DNA of 64,000 nt, from contig CM075987.1 of assembly GCA_038087875.1 (NCBI GenBank), positions 17,858,001-17,922,000 on the forward strand, given 5' to 3'. This document shows positions 1 through 12,196 of this stretch, piece by piece. A program made the position numbers and the translations under genes. This DNA is from Malacoraja senta (taxonomy: Eukaryota). The notes under the pieces were generated by a model that was given only the letters and a program-made list of their open reading frames with translations, had not been told where the DNA came from and did not search any database. How positions within the stretch are numbered: position 1 is the stretch's first letter; each line of letters begins with the position of its first letter.

Positions 1-309
1 CTGCGACTAAAGCTGTGCAGACGTCAGTTACAAGACATTCACTGTCTCCCCATTTATAGCCATTGAGTCCTTCAAGTCTGTGCTGCTTACAAGAGTGCTG
101 TGAATGTACCGGGGTCTCTGAATCACAGCAAACCTTACAGAAAGGACATTTCTTAGTACAATTGAATAACCATTTGAACAACTCATCCCTGGGTCTAATG
201 GATAATTCTTCAATCTTTGCTTGGATATCCCAGCCTGTTGCCTCACTGAGGAGTCTCTGCTCCACCTCTTCAATAGATGGCAGAACTGCTTTTGCCCATT
301 TCGTGCCAT
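1..309 (-). CDS. C-terminal Cys/His-rich segment of the GVIN-like protein (not in the ORF track because it has no start codon)
   Basis: Stop-free frame GTKWAKAVLPSIEEVEQRLL...CPFCKVCC...HSCKQHRLEGLNGYKW...CTALVA. It joins FHSDSD at 3672 in frame when 310-3671 is removed. Confidence 0.85.
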
Positions 310-3300
310 ATAGGTACCAATGACATAGGTAGAAAAAGAGAAGAGGTCTTGAAAGGAGAATTTAGGGAGTTGGGAGGAGAGTTAAGGAGAAGGACTACAA
401 AGGTAACAATCTCAGGATTACTACCTGTGCCACGCGACGGTGAGAGTAGGAATGGAGTGAGGTGGAGGATAAATGCGTGGCTGAGGAACTGGTGCAGCGG
501 GCAGGGATTCAAATTTCTGGATCATTGGGACCTCTTTTGGGGAAGGTGTGACCTGTACAGAAAGGACGGGTTGCACTTGAACCTGAGGGGGACCAATATC
601 CTGGCGGGGAGATTTGCAAAGGCTACTGGGGAGACTTTAAACTAGAACGGTTGGGGGGAGGGACTCAAATAGAGAAAGCTAGTGGAAAATGTGGGAGGCA
701 GGAGGCAGAGAAGGGAAGCACTCGGACCCAAAATGTAGGGGAGAAAGAAGAAAAAGATAATAAACAGAGAATAAGTGGTGGTGGGTTTCTTAAATGTGTA
801 TATTTTAATGCTAGGAGCATTGTAAGAAAGGTGGATGAGCTTAGAGCCTGGTTTGACACCTGGAAGTATGATGTTGTGGCGATCAGTGAAACATGGTTGC
901 AGGAGGGCTGTGATTGGCAAATAAATATTCCAGGATTTCGTTGCTTCAGGGGTGATAGAATTGGAGGGGCAAGAGGTGGGGGTGTTGCATTGCTTGTCAA
1001 GGAAGATATTACAGCAGTGCTTTGGCAGGATAGATTAGAGGGCTCGTCTAGGGAGGCTATTTGGGTGGAACTGAGAAATGGGAAAGGTGTAGCAACACTT
1101 ATAGGGGTGTATTATAGACTGCCAAATGGGGAGCGAGAATTGGAAGAGCAAATATGTAAGCAGATAGCAGATATTAGTAGTAAGCACAAGGTAGTGATTG
1201 TGGGAGATTTCAATTTTCCACACATAGACTGGGAAACACATTCTGTAAAAGGGCTGGATGGTTTGGAGTTTGTAAAATGTGTGCAAGATAGTTGTTTGCA
1301 GCAATACATAGAGGTACCTACTAGAGAAGGGGCAGTGCTGGACCTCCTGTTAGGAAATGAGACAGGGCAGGTGGCGGAGGTATGCGTCGGGGAGCACTTC
1401 GGGTCCAGTGATCACAATACCATTAGCTTCAATATAATTATGGAGAGGGTCAGAACTGGACCTAGGGTTGAGATTTTTGTTTGGAGAAAGGCTAACTTGG
1501 AGGAGATGCAAAAGGATTTAAAAGGAGTGAATTGGGACATGTTGTTTTATGGGAAGGATGTAGAAGAAAAATGGAGGACATTTAAGGGTGAAATTTTAAG
1601 AGTACAGAATCTTTATGTCCCTGTTCGGTTGAAAGGAAATAGTAAAAAATGGAAAGAGCCATGGTTTTCAAGGGAAATTGGACACTTGGTTCGGTAAAAG
1701 AGAGAGATCTACAATAAATATAGGCAGCATGGAGTAAATGAGGTGCTTGAGGAGTATAAAGAATGTAAAAAGAATATTAAGAAAGAAATTAGAAAAGCTA
1801 AAAGAAGATATGAGGTTGCTTTGGCAAGTAAGGTGAAAGTAAATCCAAAGGGTTTCTACAGCTATATTAATAGCAAAAGGATAACAAGGAATAAAATTGG
1901 TCCATTAGAGAGTCAGAGTGGACAGCTATCTGCAGAGCCAAAAGAGATGGGGGAGATATTGAACAATTTCTTTTCTTCGGTATTCACCAAGGAGAAGGAT
2001 ATGGAATTATGTGAGGTAAGGGAAACAAGCAGAGTAGCAATGGAAACTGTGAGATTCAAAGAAGAGGAGGTGCGGACACTTTTGAAAAATATGAAAACGG
2101 ATAAGTCTCCAGGTCCTGACAGGATATTCCCTAGGACATTGAGGGAAGTTAGTGTAGAAATAGCAGGGGCTATGACAGAAATATTTCAAATGTCATTAGA
2201 AACGGGAATAGTGCTGGAGGATTGGCGTACTGCGCATGTTGTTCCGTTGTTTAAAAAGGGTTCGAAGAGTAAACCTAGCAATTATAGACCTGTTAGTTTG
2301 ACGTCAGTGGTGGGCAAATTAATGGAAAGGATACTTAAAGATAATATATATAAGCATCTGGATAAGCAGGGTCTGATTAGGAACAGTCAACATGGATTTG
2401 TGCCTGGAAGGTCATGCTTGACTAATCTTCTTGAATTTTTCGAAGAGGTTACTAGGGAAATTGATGAGGGTAAAGCAATGGATGTTGTCTATATGGACCA
2501 GTAAGGCCTTTGACAAGGTTCCTCATGGAAGGTTGGTTAAGAAGATTCAATTGTTGGGTATTAATGGTGGAGTAGCAAGATGGATTCAACAGTGGCTGAA
2601 TGGGAGATGCCAGAGAGTAATGGTGGATGGCTGTTTGTCAGGTTGGAGGCCGGTGACTAGTGGGGTGCCTCAGGGGTCTGTGTTGGGTCCACTGTTGTTT
2701 GTCATGTACATCAATGATCTGGATGATGGTGTGGAAAATTGGATTAGTAAGTATGCAGATGATACTAAGATAGGTGGTGTTGTGGATAATGAAGTAGATT
2801 TTCAAAGTCTACAGAGAGATTTAGGCCATTTGGAAGAGTGGGCTGAAAGATGGCAGATGGAGTTTAATGCTGACAAATGTGAGGTGCTACATCTCGGCAG
2901 GACAAATCAAAATAGGACGTACACGGTAAATGGTAGCGAATTGAGGAATGCATAGTTCCCTGAAGGTGGAATCTCATGTAGATAGGGTGGTAAAGAAAGC
3001 TTTTGGTGTGCTGGCCTTTATAAATCAGAGCATTGAATATAGAAGTTGGGATGTAATGTTAAAATTGTACAAGGCATTGGTGAGGCCAATTCTGGAGTAT
3101 GGAGTACAATTTTGGTCGCCTAATTATAGGAAGGATGTCAACAAAATAGAGAGAGTACAGAGGAGATTTACTAGAATGTTGCCTGGGTTTCAGCAACTAA
3201 GTTACAGAGAAAGGTTGAACAAGTTAGGTCTTTATTCTTTGGAGCGCAGAAGGTTAAGAGGGGACTTGATAGAGGTCTTTAAAATTATGAGCGGGTTAGA

Positions 3301-3671
3301 CAGAGTGGACGTGGATAAGCTTTTCCCATTGAGAGTAGGGAAGATTCAAACAAGGGGACATGACTTGAGAATTAAGGGACAGAAGTTTAGGGGTAACATT
3401 AGGGGGAACTTCTTTATTCAGAGTGTGGTGGCTGTGTGGAACGAGCTTCCAGTGGAAGTGGTGGAGGCAGGTTCGATGTTATCCTTTAAAAATAGATTGG
3501 ATGGGTATATGGACGGGAAAGGAATGGAGGGTTATGGTCTGAGTGCAGGTAGATGGGACTAGGGGGAAGTATTTATTTTTAATTTAAAAAAAAAATAAAA
3601 AAAAATATTCGGCACGGACTTGAAGGGCCGAGATGGCCTGTTTCCGTGTTGTTATGGTTATATGGTTATAT
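310..3671 (+). mobile_element. CR1 LINE, family A, 5'-truncated and disabled (ORF1 esterase C-terminus plus ORF2 APE-RT)
   Basis: HIGTNDIG and DGLHLN SGNH motifs; APE motifs NARS, ETWL, GDFN, SDH; RT YADD. Stop at 1695-1697, frameshift near 2500, internal deletion near 2950. Tail of TATGGT-type repeats at 3651-3671. Confidence 0.95.
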
Positions 3672-4902
3672 CACTGTCACTGTGAAACAGAACTAGTTTC
3701 ATTTCATCTTTGGGCATTGAGATCCTGGTCTTTAAATTTTCAACAAACATGTCCAGGAAGCTCTGAACATTTCCAGCAAAGTTCTGCATCACTGCATCCT
3801 CAACAATCTCTTTAGCTTTCCCAGTGATCTGTGTGAGGATTCCTTTAGCCAGATGGGTAAATGTGCTCTCTCCATCACGTTGTGTCTTGCAGTGTTCAAT
3901 AACCTGGTGATGGAGCCAGTCTATGGTCAAATTCTCAAGGTCAGTGATATACCGGTCATAGTCATCAAATGTATCCCTTTGTTTCAAGTGCACCAGGAGG
4001 GCCACAGTGAAGTTGTTGCGGAGACTGTACTTTCTCTCAGGGTCATTTTGTTTCATATCATCCACGATGTTCACACTGAGAGCCTTGAGGGTGGCGTCTC
4101 TGAGAGCTGGCAAGAAACAAGATTGTGCAAACCGTTCTGTTTGTCTCTGGTAATCATCCTGCTCTGTGTAAATATCCATGAAGAGATCATAGTATTGACC
4201 CTTCATGTTTGCCAGTCTTTGCCGCGGGTCGTGTTTCTGGATGAACCTCGTCTGCATCTCTTGGAATCTTGGTACAGCGTAACCACACAGGTGAAGTTTA
4301 AACTCAGCCCTGAATTCCTCACTCATTGTGAAGTTTGGGTGTGAAATATTGTTAATTTTCTCCTCTATAATATTCAAAAGTTCAATACAATATCTATTGT
4401 CGTAATCCTTGTCCATTTTTGTGTTGTCACTGATCCATTGATGGCATTCATCCTCGAGGGACTTTGTTATCATTGCTGCCCGATCAGCATCTGATTGGTT
4501 GGCGGACAAACTGAATGTTTTAAAACATCTCTTCCATGTAGTGTTGATGTGTTTCCCTTCAACTTGAAAGCACCGGGTTCCCTGTTTACAGAGAGGTTTT
4601 CTTTCTAGCATTTTATTAATCACCCTCCCTTGAGTTGCTGTGTTCTCTCTGAGATGATTTTCTATCTCCAGTTCAATGTTTCTTTCTCTACAGGGCTGAT
4701 AGTCCAGTTGTGACAGTGTGTTTTGCCACATCTTTCCAAAGGCAGTTTGCAGTTCCTCGTCACCCAACACCTGATTTGCCCCTTTACACTTTAATAAAAG
4801 CTCCTTGACCTGTTGTTCCATCTTCTTGTGAGATTTATTCCAACGAGCATCCACTTCCTGCAGTCCCACACATCTGTTCACAGCATCCTTACATTGAATC
4901 AT
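3672..4902 (-). CDS. Middle helical segment of the GVIN-like protein
   Basis: 414-aa ORF in the track. It overlaps the GTPase ORF by 14 nt in another frame and ends in CR1 tail sequence. Confidence 0.85.
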
Positions 4903-7897
4903 CCTGAAGCCGCCTGCATAAACTGGAGATGCTGAGCTTGAATTCCTCCCTGTATTTCTCCATCAGCTGCACGTTATCAGCCCCACTTTCAAACACATCT
5001 TTTAGTTTATCCAGAGTCTCACCCTCCCTTTTGTTAATCTCCATCCTGATCTCACGTTCCAGTGTTTGGAGCAGTAGGTTGAGGTCACCACTGGCATTGT
5101 TTACTGTGTTTTCAGCCTTGTTTCCCCAGGAGTGTGTGAATTTGCGGAGCTCCCAATCCCAGTCCTTGTACTTCACAGAGAGGTGGTTGTAAGCCTCTGA
5201 GAACAGACTGTTCTGGAAGTTGAAAATGAAATTCTCATGTTTCACCTGCTCCCAAAGGCCAGTCATCCATTTGGTAAAGTCTGGGATTGTCAAAGCTCCT
5301 TGGTCTGGTTCCCCTTTGAGTAAACATTGAATGAGACTCTTCTTCAGTTGGAAGACGTGTTCACTGTAGCCAGTGTTGGCGGCCGCCATTGGGGGCGTAC
5401 CTTGCCACAGACCTGGGATGTACCAGTTGTCCTTGTCAGCATCATAGTCCATCACATCACGGAATGTAACTCCCTCCACCTTCTCCAGTTTTGCTGCAGC
5501 CTCTGTCATCTTATCCAGCTGTTCCAGTAGTTTCTGACGGCCTCTCAGATTGTGATCATGTGCACTCACATCTCCAACATTCTGGTGGACAAATATACAC
5601 TTTGGTCTTCTCCCCGTCAGTTTCATGCGGAGTAAGGAATGAATAACAATCTGTAAAATATCTTTCATCTCTGCGATGTTTTCCATGCCTATGTTTACCA
5701 ACGTTATGTTGCTTAATCCCACCACGAATGTTGCCAGCTCATTGTCGTGTTCATAGCTGTCTGTTAGTGTTGCAAGTTCTGGAGCTCTCAGCCCCTCCGT
5801 GTCAATGACCAGGATGAAGTCACAGCCCAGCTCCTCCACCAGGCTCCCTGTGACCTTTATCAGCTGCATGTAGGCCCCTCGTGTACATCGGCCGCTGCTC
5901 ACAGCAAACCGCAAACAGAACATTGTATTGAGGAGCGTGGACTTGCCCGTGCTCTGAACTCCAATCACTGTAAGCACAAACACTCGGGAAGCACGTCCCA
6001 CCTTCTCGGCCACTGCTTCCAGTACAGCAGTGATCCATGAAACAGGAACGTTGGAGACGTCTCCATCAATGAGCTCCAGTGGGAACCCATCCAGTAACAG
6101 TTCAGTAGCAACACCCGGTAACTGAAGCACATGTGGGTGGATCTGTGTTTGTTGCTTGATGTTGTGTTGTGTCACTGAGAGTTCATAAACCTGGCCCAGT
6201 TCCCTCATGAAGTGCTCAAGTCCCAGGGAACTATCAGTCATCTTCTGATCCATGTCCTTCAGCTCCTTGACCTTCTGCATGTAGACTTTGCTCAGTTCTT
6301 TATAATCCCTGCGCAATCCTGCCATGATTTGCCTTGATTTACTGTCCAGCATCAGCTTCAGCCACTGCAAGGAAATGGCCCTGCCATCCCCACCAGGACA
6401 GGTGAGGTGGTCAATGAACATCTGCATCTCCTCCGACAGGCTCTGTCTGAGCTGAGCTTCCCGGATTCTTTTCTTCTCTTGGTCCAGCTCGTGGTTATAC
6501 TTCACTGTGGTTCTGTCCCCACGGAGTTTCATCCGAGACTTCTCTTTCTCAACTTTAGACAGTCCTTGCCAGGGTTCTCCATGAAAGGGCAGCACTCTCT
6601 TTTTATACCCAGTGATGTCTGCAGGGTCAAGACTGCCCAGTATTTTGGTCAGGTCCTTGGCCTGTTGTATTTCAGGCTGATGTTCATCGACCTGAATCCC
6701 ACTTTCCCTCGCAATGTCACCCATTTGTTCCAGACTCAGGAAGCTCTGGTCCCCGTCACTCATTAGAATCACTTGTTTTATCTGAGAACGAAGATTTTCC
6801 ACAAGTTTGGCCTCGTTTACATTTGTCCGAACAATGCATTGTTGAGGTTGTAACTTCAGATCTTTGAACAGTTTCTTTACCTGCTCAGGGGTGATGTGTT
6901 GCTCACTGATGTAAGTGTTCACTATCAGAAAGAGTTTTGCCGGTGACTGTGCGAGAGAGGTGTGGAATTCTCTTTCCTTCTCACCAATAACGTCAATGAA
7001 AATAAAGAGAGCAGCAGAGACTTTTGCCAGGAACCGAGTGTGTCCCTGGTAAGTTTCAGCATCACCTCGGAGGTTGATGAATGCAGCAGCCTCCGGGAAA
7101 ATGTCCGTGTTGCTCTTCCCAGAAGGTAGATACCAGCTGATCTCAGCCATCCCATCTGATATCCCACAGGGCACATTCCCACATTCCATCCTGGAGTGCA
7201 GGAAGATGTTCTGCTGCAGCTGGGTCTGGCTCAAGGTGAGATTGAGGACTCTGGATTTGGACACCGTGCACCTTCCGAGTCTGAGGAAGGAGACAGTTGG
7301 CATGGTTGCTGTCACGATGGGCATCTCCACAACGGGGCTGTTCCCTGTGGGAGATTGTGGGCACCACATTTTAACAATGGGCCTCATGGCCCAGAGGAGA
7401 AGGGTGGCACCAGGCCCTTCCATGGGTCCCCTCACCTTGTCCCTGGGGTAACTGTGCCCTTCCGGCAGCAGAAAGGGTAATGCAAGTTGGCACAGAGACA
7501 TCTTCAGCATCAGTTCCTGCTGGAGAGAGTGGTCGGCACAGAGGAAAATGGCAGCAATGATATCCAGAGGGTTAATCCCAGAATCCCCTGGCTCTTTCAC
7601 TTCAAATAAATCACTGAAGTCTTCATCGTCACTGTTGTGACCGTCTGTGGACTGAGCAGGGGGCCATTCAGGATTCCTCGCCAATGAATTAGCTGAGAGG
7701 ATCCTTTGGAGAAATCGCCAAGGAAGATCTTCTGGTCGAGTTGGTTTGTTGTCGTCCAGTTTACCCCAGGATACCTCCCGCATGGACGTCAGTGACAGTT
7801 TGTGAGGATAATGATCCTGTAAACCCAAATCCCTCACAAGTTGTGGAGTGTTCAGGTTTTCAGACCCGCTGTTTACAGTTGATGAAACAATCCCCAT
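4889..7897 (-). CDS. N-terminal and GTPase segment of the GVIN/URGCP-like protein (1002 aa)
   Basis: Intronless 3-kb ORF with G1 GVQSTGKS, G3 DTEG and family motifs such as KMSLCQLALPFLLP and NLRGDA. Confidence 0.9.
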   Translation of the reverse strand: MGIVSSTVNSGSENLNTPQLVRDLGLQDHYPHKLSLTSMREVSWGKLDDNKPTRPEDLPWRFLQRILSANSLARNPEWPPAQSTDGHNSDDEDFSDLFEVKEPGDSGINPLDIIAAIFLCADHSLQQELMLKMSLCQLALPFLLPEGHSYPRDKVRGPMEGPGATLLLWAMRPIVKMWCPQSPTGNSPVVEMPIVTATMPTVSFLRLGRCTVSKSRVLNLTLSQTQLQQNIFLHSRMECGNVPCGISDGMAEISWYLPSGKSNTDIFPEAAAFINLRGDAETYQGHTRFLAKVSAALFIFIDVIGEKEREFHTSLAQSPAKLFLIVNTYISEQHITPEQVKKLFKDLKLQPQQCIVRTNVNEAKLVENLRSQIKQVILMSDGDQSFLSLEQMGDIARESGIQVDEHQPEIQQAKDLTKILGSLDPADITGYKKRVLPFHGEPWQGLSKVEKEKSRMKLRGDRTTVKYNHELDQEKKRIREAQLRQSLSEEMQMFIDHLTCPGGDGRAISLQWLKLMLDSKSRQIMAGLRRDYKELSKVYMQKVKELKDMDQKMTDSSLGLEHFMRELGQVYELSVTQHNIKQQTQIHPHVLQLPGVATELLLDGFPLELIDGDVSNVPVSWITAVLEAVAEKVGRASRVFVLTVIGVQSTGKSTLLNTMFCLRFAVSSGRCTRGAYMQLIKVTGSLVEELGCDFILVIDTEGLRAPELATLTDSYEHDNELATFVVGLSNITLVNIGMENIAEMKDILQIVIHSLLRMKLTGRRPKCIFVHQNVGDVSAHDHNLRGRQKLLEQLDKMTEAAAKLEKVEGVTFRDVMDYDADKDNWYIPGLWQGTPPMAAANTGYSEHVFQLKKSLIQCLLKGEPDQGALTIPDFTKWMTGLWEQVKHENFIFNFQNSLFSEAYNHLSVKYKDWDWELRKFTHSWGNKAENTVNNASGDLNLLLQTLEREIRMEINKREGETLDKLKDVFESGADNVQLMEKYREEFKLSISSLCRRLQDDSM

Positions 7898-8003
7898 CCC
7901 CGCTGACTGGGTGAATGTACTTCCTGGGATCTGTATGCTCTTTCCCAGACAGGTGGTTCTTGTCGTGGAATTCCCAGGATGTCAGGGCTCCTGTCGTATA
8001 TTA

Positions 8004-8442
8004 CAGACTCGGCTTGTACTCGCTAGAATTTAGAAGATTGAGGGGGGATCTTATAGAAACGTACAAAATTCATAAGGGTTTGGACAGGCTAGATGCAGGA
8101 AGATTGTTCCCGATGTTGGGGAAGTCCAGAACAAGGGGTCACAGTTTAAGGATAAGGCGGAAATCTTTTAGGACCGAGATGAGGAAAACATTTTTCACAC
8201 AGAGAGTGGTGAATCTGTGGAATTCTCTGCCACAGAAGGTAGTTGAGGCCAGTTCATTGGCTATATTTAAGAGGGAGTTAGATGTGGCCCTTGTGGCTAA
8301 AGGGATCAGGGGGTATGGAGAGAAGGCAGGTACGGGAAACTGAGTTGGATGATCAGCCATGATCATATTGAATGGCGGTGCAGGCTCGAAGGGCCGAAGG
8401 GCCTACTCCTGCACTTATTTTCTATGTTTCTATGTTTCTATG
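8004..8442 (+). mobile_element. CR1 family B 3' end fragment
   Basis: RLGLYSLEFRRLRGDLIE C-terminus, 3' UTR matching 11393-11490, (TATGTTTC)n tail. Confidence 0.93.
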
Positions 8443-8541
8443 ACACTGTAGGTGGCTAGTGAAGAAATTGTTTGGGCTCTGGCTGAGACATTCGAATGAA
8501 TCATCACGAGACAGGGGTGAGGTGAGGAGACTGGAGACACG

Positions 8542-11490
8542 TTCAACATAATTGTATAAGGGGTAAGAGCATTGTAAAAACAAGCCTGAAGGCTTTGTGT
8601 CTCAATGCAAGGAGCATTCGTAATAAGGTGGATGAGTTGAACGTGCAGATAGCAATTAATGATTATAATATAGTTGGGATCACGGAGACATGGCTCCAGG
8701 GTGACCAAGGCTGGGAGCTGAACATCCAGGGATATTCAATATTCAGGAGGGATAGAGAGAAAGGAAAAGGAGGTGGGGTAGCGTTGCTGGTTAGAGAGGA
8801 GATTAACGCAGTGGAAAGGAAGGACATTAGCTTGGAGGATGTGGAATCGGTATGGGTAGAGCTGCGAAACACTAAGGGGCAGAAAACGCTGGTGGGTGTT
8901 GTGTACAGGCCACCTAGCAGTAGTAGTGAAGTTGGGGATGGCATCAAACAGGAAATTAGAAATGCGTGGAACAACGGCAAAACAGTTATAATGGGTGACT
9001 TCAATCTACATATAGATTGGGTGAATCAAATTGGCAGGGGTGCTGAGGAAGAGGATTTCTTGGAATGTATGCGGGATAGTTATCTAAACCAACATGTAGA
9101 GGAACCAACGAGAGAGCAGGCTATTCTAGACTGGGTATTGAGTAATGAGGAAGGGTTAGTTAGCAGTCTTGTTGTGCATGCCCCCTTGGGCAAGAGTGAC
9201 CATAATATGGTTGAGTTCTTCATTAGGATGGAGAGTGACATTGTTAATTCAGAAACAACGGTTCTGAACTTAAAGAAAGGTAACTTTGAGGGTATGAGAC
9301 GTGAATTGGCCAAGATTGACTGGCAATTAGTTCTAAAAGGGTTGACGGTGGATATGCAATGGAAGGCATTTAAAGACTGCATGGATGAACTACAAAAATT
9401 GTTCATCCCGGTTTGGCAAAAGAATAAATCAGGGAAGGTAGTGCATCCGTGGATAACAAGGGAAATCAGGGATAGTATCAAAGCAAAAGATGATGCGTAC
9501 AAATTAGCCAGAAAAAGCAGCATACCAGAGGACTGGGAGAAATTCAGAGACCAGCAGAGGAGGACAAAGGGCTTAATTAGGAAAGGGAAAATAGATTATG
9601 AAAGGAAACTGGCAGGGAACATAAAAACTGACTGCAAAAGTTTTTATAGATATGTGAAGAGAAAGAGATTAGTTAAAACAAATGTAGGTCCCTTGCAGTC
9701 AGAAACAGGTGAATTGATCATGGGGAACAAGGATATGGCGGACCAATTGAATAACTACTTTGGTTCCGTCTTCACTAAGGAAGACATAAATAATCTGCCG
9801 GAAATAGCAGGGGGCCGCGGGTCAAATGAGATGGAGGAACTGAGTGAAATCCAGCTTAGTCGGGAAGTGGTGTTGGGTAAATTGAATGAATTAAAGGCCG
9901 ATAAATCACCAGGGCCAGATAGGCTGCATCCCAGAGTACTTAAGGAAGTAGCTCCAGAAATAGTGGATGCATTAGTGATAATTTTTCAAAACTCTTTAGA
10001 TTCTGGAGTAGTTCCTGAGGATTGGAGGGTAGCAAACGTAACCCCACTTTTTTAAGAAGGGGGGAGAGAGAAAATGGGGAATTACAGACCAGTTAGTCTA
10101 ACATCGGTAGTGGGGAAACTGCTAGAGTCACTTATTAAAGATGGGATAGCAGCACATTTGGAAAGTGGTGAAATCATTGGACAAAGTCAGCATGGATTTA
10201 CGAAAGGTAAATCATGTCCGACGAATCTTATAGAATTTTTCGAGGATGTAACTAGTAGAGTGGATAGGGGAGAACCAGTGGATGTGTTGTATCTGGACTT
10301 TCAGAAGGCTTTCGACAAGGTACCACATAAGAGATTAGTATACAAACTTAAAGCACACGGTATTGCGGGTTCAGTATTGATGTGGATAGAGAACTGGCTG
10401 GCAAACAGGAAGCAAAGAGTAGGAGTAAACGGGTCCTTTTCACAATGGCAGGCAGTGACTAGTGCGGTACCGCAAGGCTCAGTGCTGGGACCCCAGCTAT
10501 TTACAATTTATATTAATGAGCTGGATGATGGAATTGAAGGCAACATCTCCAAGTTTGCGGATGACACTAAGCTGGGGGGCAGTGTTAGCTGTGAGGAGGA
10601 TGCTAGGAGACTGCAAGGTGACTTGGATAGGCTGGGTGAGTGGGCAAATGTTTGGCAGATGCAGTATAATGTGGATAAATGTGAGGTTATCCACTTTGGT
10701 GGCAAAAATAGGAAAGCAGACTATTATCTAAATGGTGGCCGATTAGGAAATGGGGAGATGCAGCGAGACCTGGGTGTCATGGTACACCAGTCATTGAAAG
10801 TAGGCATGCAGGTGCAGCAGGCAGTGAAGAAAGCGAATAGTATGTTAGCATTCATAGCAAGAGGATTTGAGTATAGGATCAGGGAGGTTCTACTGCAGTT
10901 GTACAGGGTCTTGGTGAGACCACACCTGGAGTATTGCGTACAGTTTTGGTCTCCAAATCTGAGGAAGGACATTATAGCCATAGAGGGAGTGCAGAGAAGG
11001 TTCACCAGACTGATTCCTGGGATGTCAGGACTTTCATATGAAGAAAGACTGGATAGACTTGGCTTATACTCGCTAGAATTTAGGAGATTGAGAGGGGATC
11101 TTATAGAAACGTACAAAATTCTTATGGGGTTGGACAGGCTAGATGCAGGAAGATTGTTCCCGATGTTGGGGAAGTCCAGGACAAGGGGTCACAGCTTAAG
11201 GATATGGGGGAAATCCTTTAAGACCGAGATGAGGAAACACTTTTTCACACAGAGAGTGGTGAATTTCTGGAACTCTCTGCCACAGAGGGTAGTTGAGGCC
11301 AGTTCATTGGCTATATTTAAGAGGGAGTTAGATGTGGCCCTTGTGGCTAAGGGGATCAGGGGGTATGGAGAGAAGGCAGGTACGGGATACTGAGTTGGAT
11401 GATCAGCCATGATCATATTGAATGGCGGTGCAGGCTCGAAGGGCTGAATGGCCTACTCCTGCACCTATTTTCTATGTATCTATGTATCTA
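8542..11490 (+). mobile_element. CR1 family B, 5'-truncated, ORF2 with one frameshift near 10050
   Basis: APE (8595-10055) and RT FADD (10074-11393); (TATGTATC)n tail. Inserted in an older CR1 RT remnant (8443-8536 resumes at 11491), possible TGGAG duplication. Confidence 0.95.
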
Positions 11491-11686
11491 TGGAGGGTGG
11501 CTAATGTTGTGCCTCTATTTAAGAAGAAGTGTGAGGAGAAACATGGGAACTATAGACATCTGTGGTGGACAATTCACTGGAAAGTGATAGTGTCAAACAG
11601 CATGGAAACAGGCCCTTCGGCCCAACTTGGCCATGCCAACCAAGATGTCCCATCTACACTGGTCCCCCCAGCATGCATTTTGCCCA

Positions 11687-12196
11687 TCTATCTATCTTCT
11701 TCTATATATAAAACTCTGTGTGTGTGTGTCTGCTTGACTTGTGCCAGCCAGCCCCTTTGATTCCTTGCTACGCCAACGGCCAGATTTTTTCCATTTCGGT
11801 AGAGATTTTCCTTTTCCTTACGAGTAGCCACTCCTGATTAAATTTCGTCGTGTTTATGTACACTTTTTAAAATAAATTCCATCCCCCCCCACCCCTACAC
11901 TCACTCATTTTGTCTCCTCCTGCTGGTCAGCCACCATAACGGCTGCTGCCGACCGCCTCTGCTCCGAAAATGACGCCATTTTTTTTTCGCTAGCGATTTT
12001 CGCCCCGGGGTATGAATCACGTTCGGGCTCTAAAACCCCGGGTTCTGAAGCACGTTCAGTGTCCAGGGGTCTCAACGTTCTGGGTTTTTTTCTTTAGCGA
12101 TGTTCACCCCGGGGTCTGAGGCACGTTCGGGATCTAAAACCCCGGGGTCTTAAGCACGTTCGTTGTCCAGACCCAACGGGTCTGCACTTGGTCTAG
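11687..12196 (+). mobile_element. Non-autonomous Helitron (510 bp)
   Basis: 5' TC(TATCTATC...TATATAAAA), 3' CTAG, subterminal hairpin CAGACCC-AAC-GGGTCTG at 12168-12184. Inserted between A (11686) and T (12197) with no TSD. Confidence 0.88.

Larger units (their letters stand above)
1..7897 (-). pseudogene. GVIN1: Very large inducible GTPase (GVIN1/VLIG-URGCP family) gene, disrupted by a frameshift near 4890 and a CR1 insertion at 310-3671; C-terminus continues beyond the window start
   Basis: ORF 4889-7897 has the P-loop GVQSTGKS, FAVSSGRCTRG, DTEG and HDNELATFVVGLS motifs. ORF 3658-4902 continues the helical region in another frame. Manual translation of 309->1 gives the Cys/His-rich tail ...FNCTKKCPFCKVCCDSETPVHSQHSCKQHRLEGLNG...LVTDVCTALVA. 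The family is clear; exact orthology is not established. Confidence 0.88.

Noticed and set aside
7898..8003. Upstream in-frame extension or extra N-terminal domain of the GVIN-like ORF
   Set aside because: There is an in-frame TGA 28 codons upstream and then CR1 sequence. No upstream exon could be supported in this window.
10724..11416. Antisense ORFs recurring at 10724, 29926 and 59209, and at 8139, 11189, 30391 and 59674
   Set aside because: Recurrence follows from near-identical CR1-B copies, so it is not independent evidence of coding.
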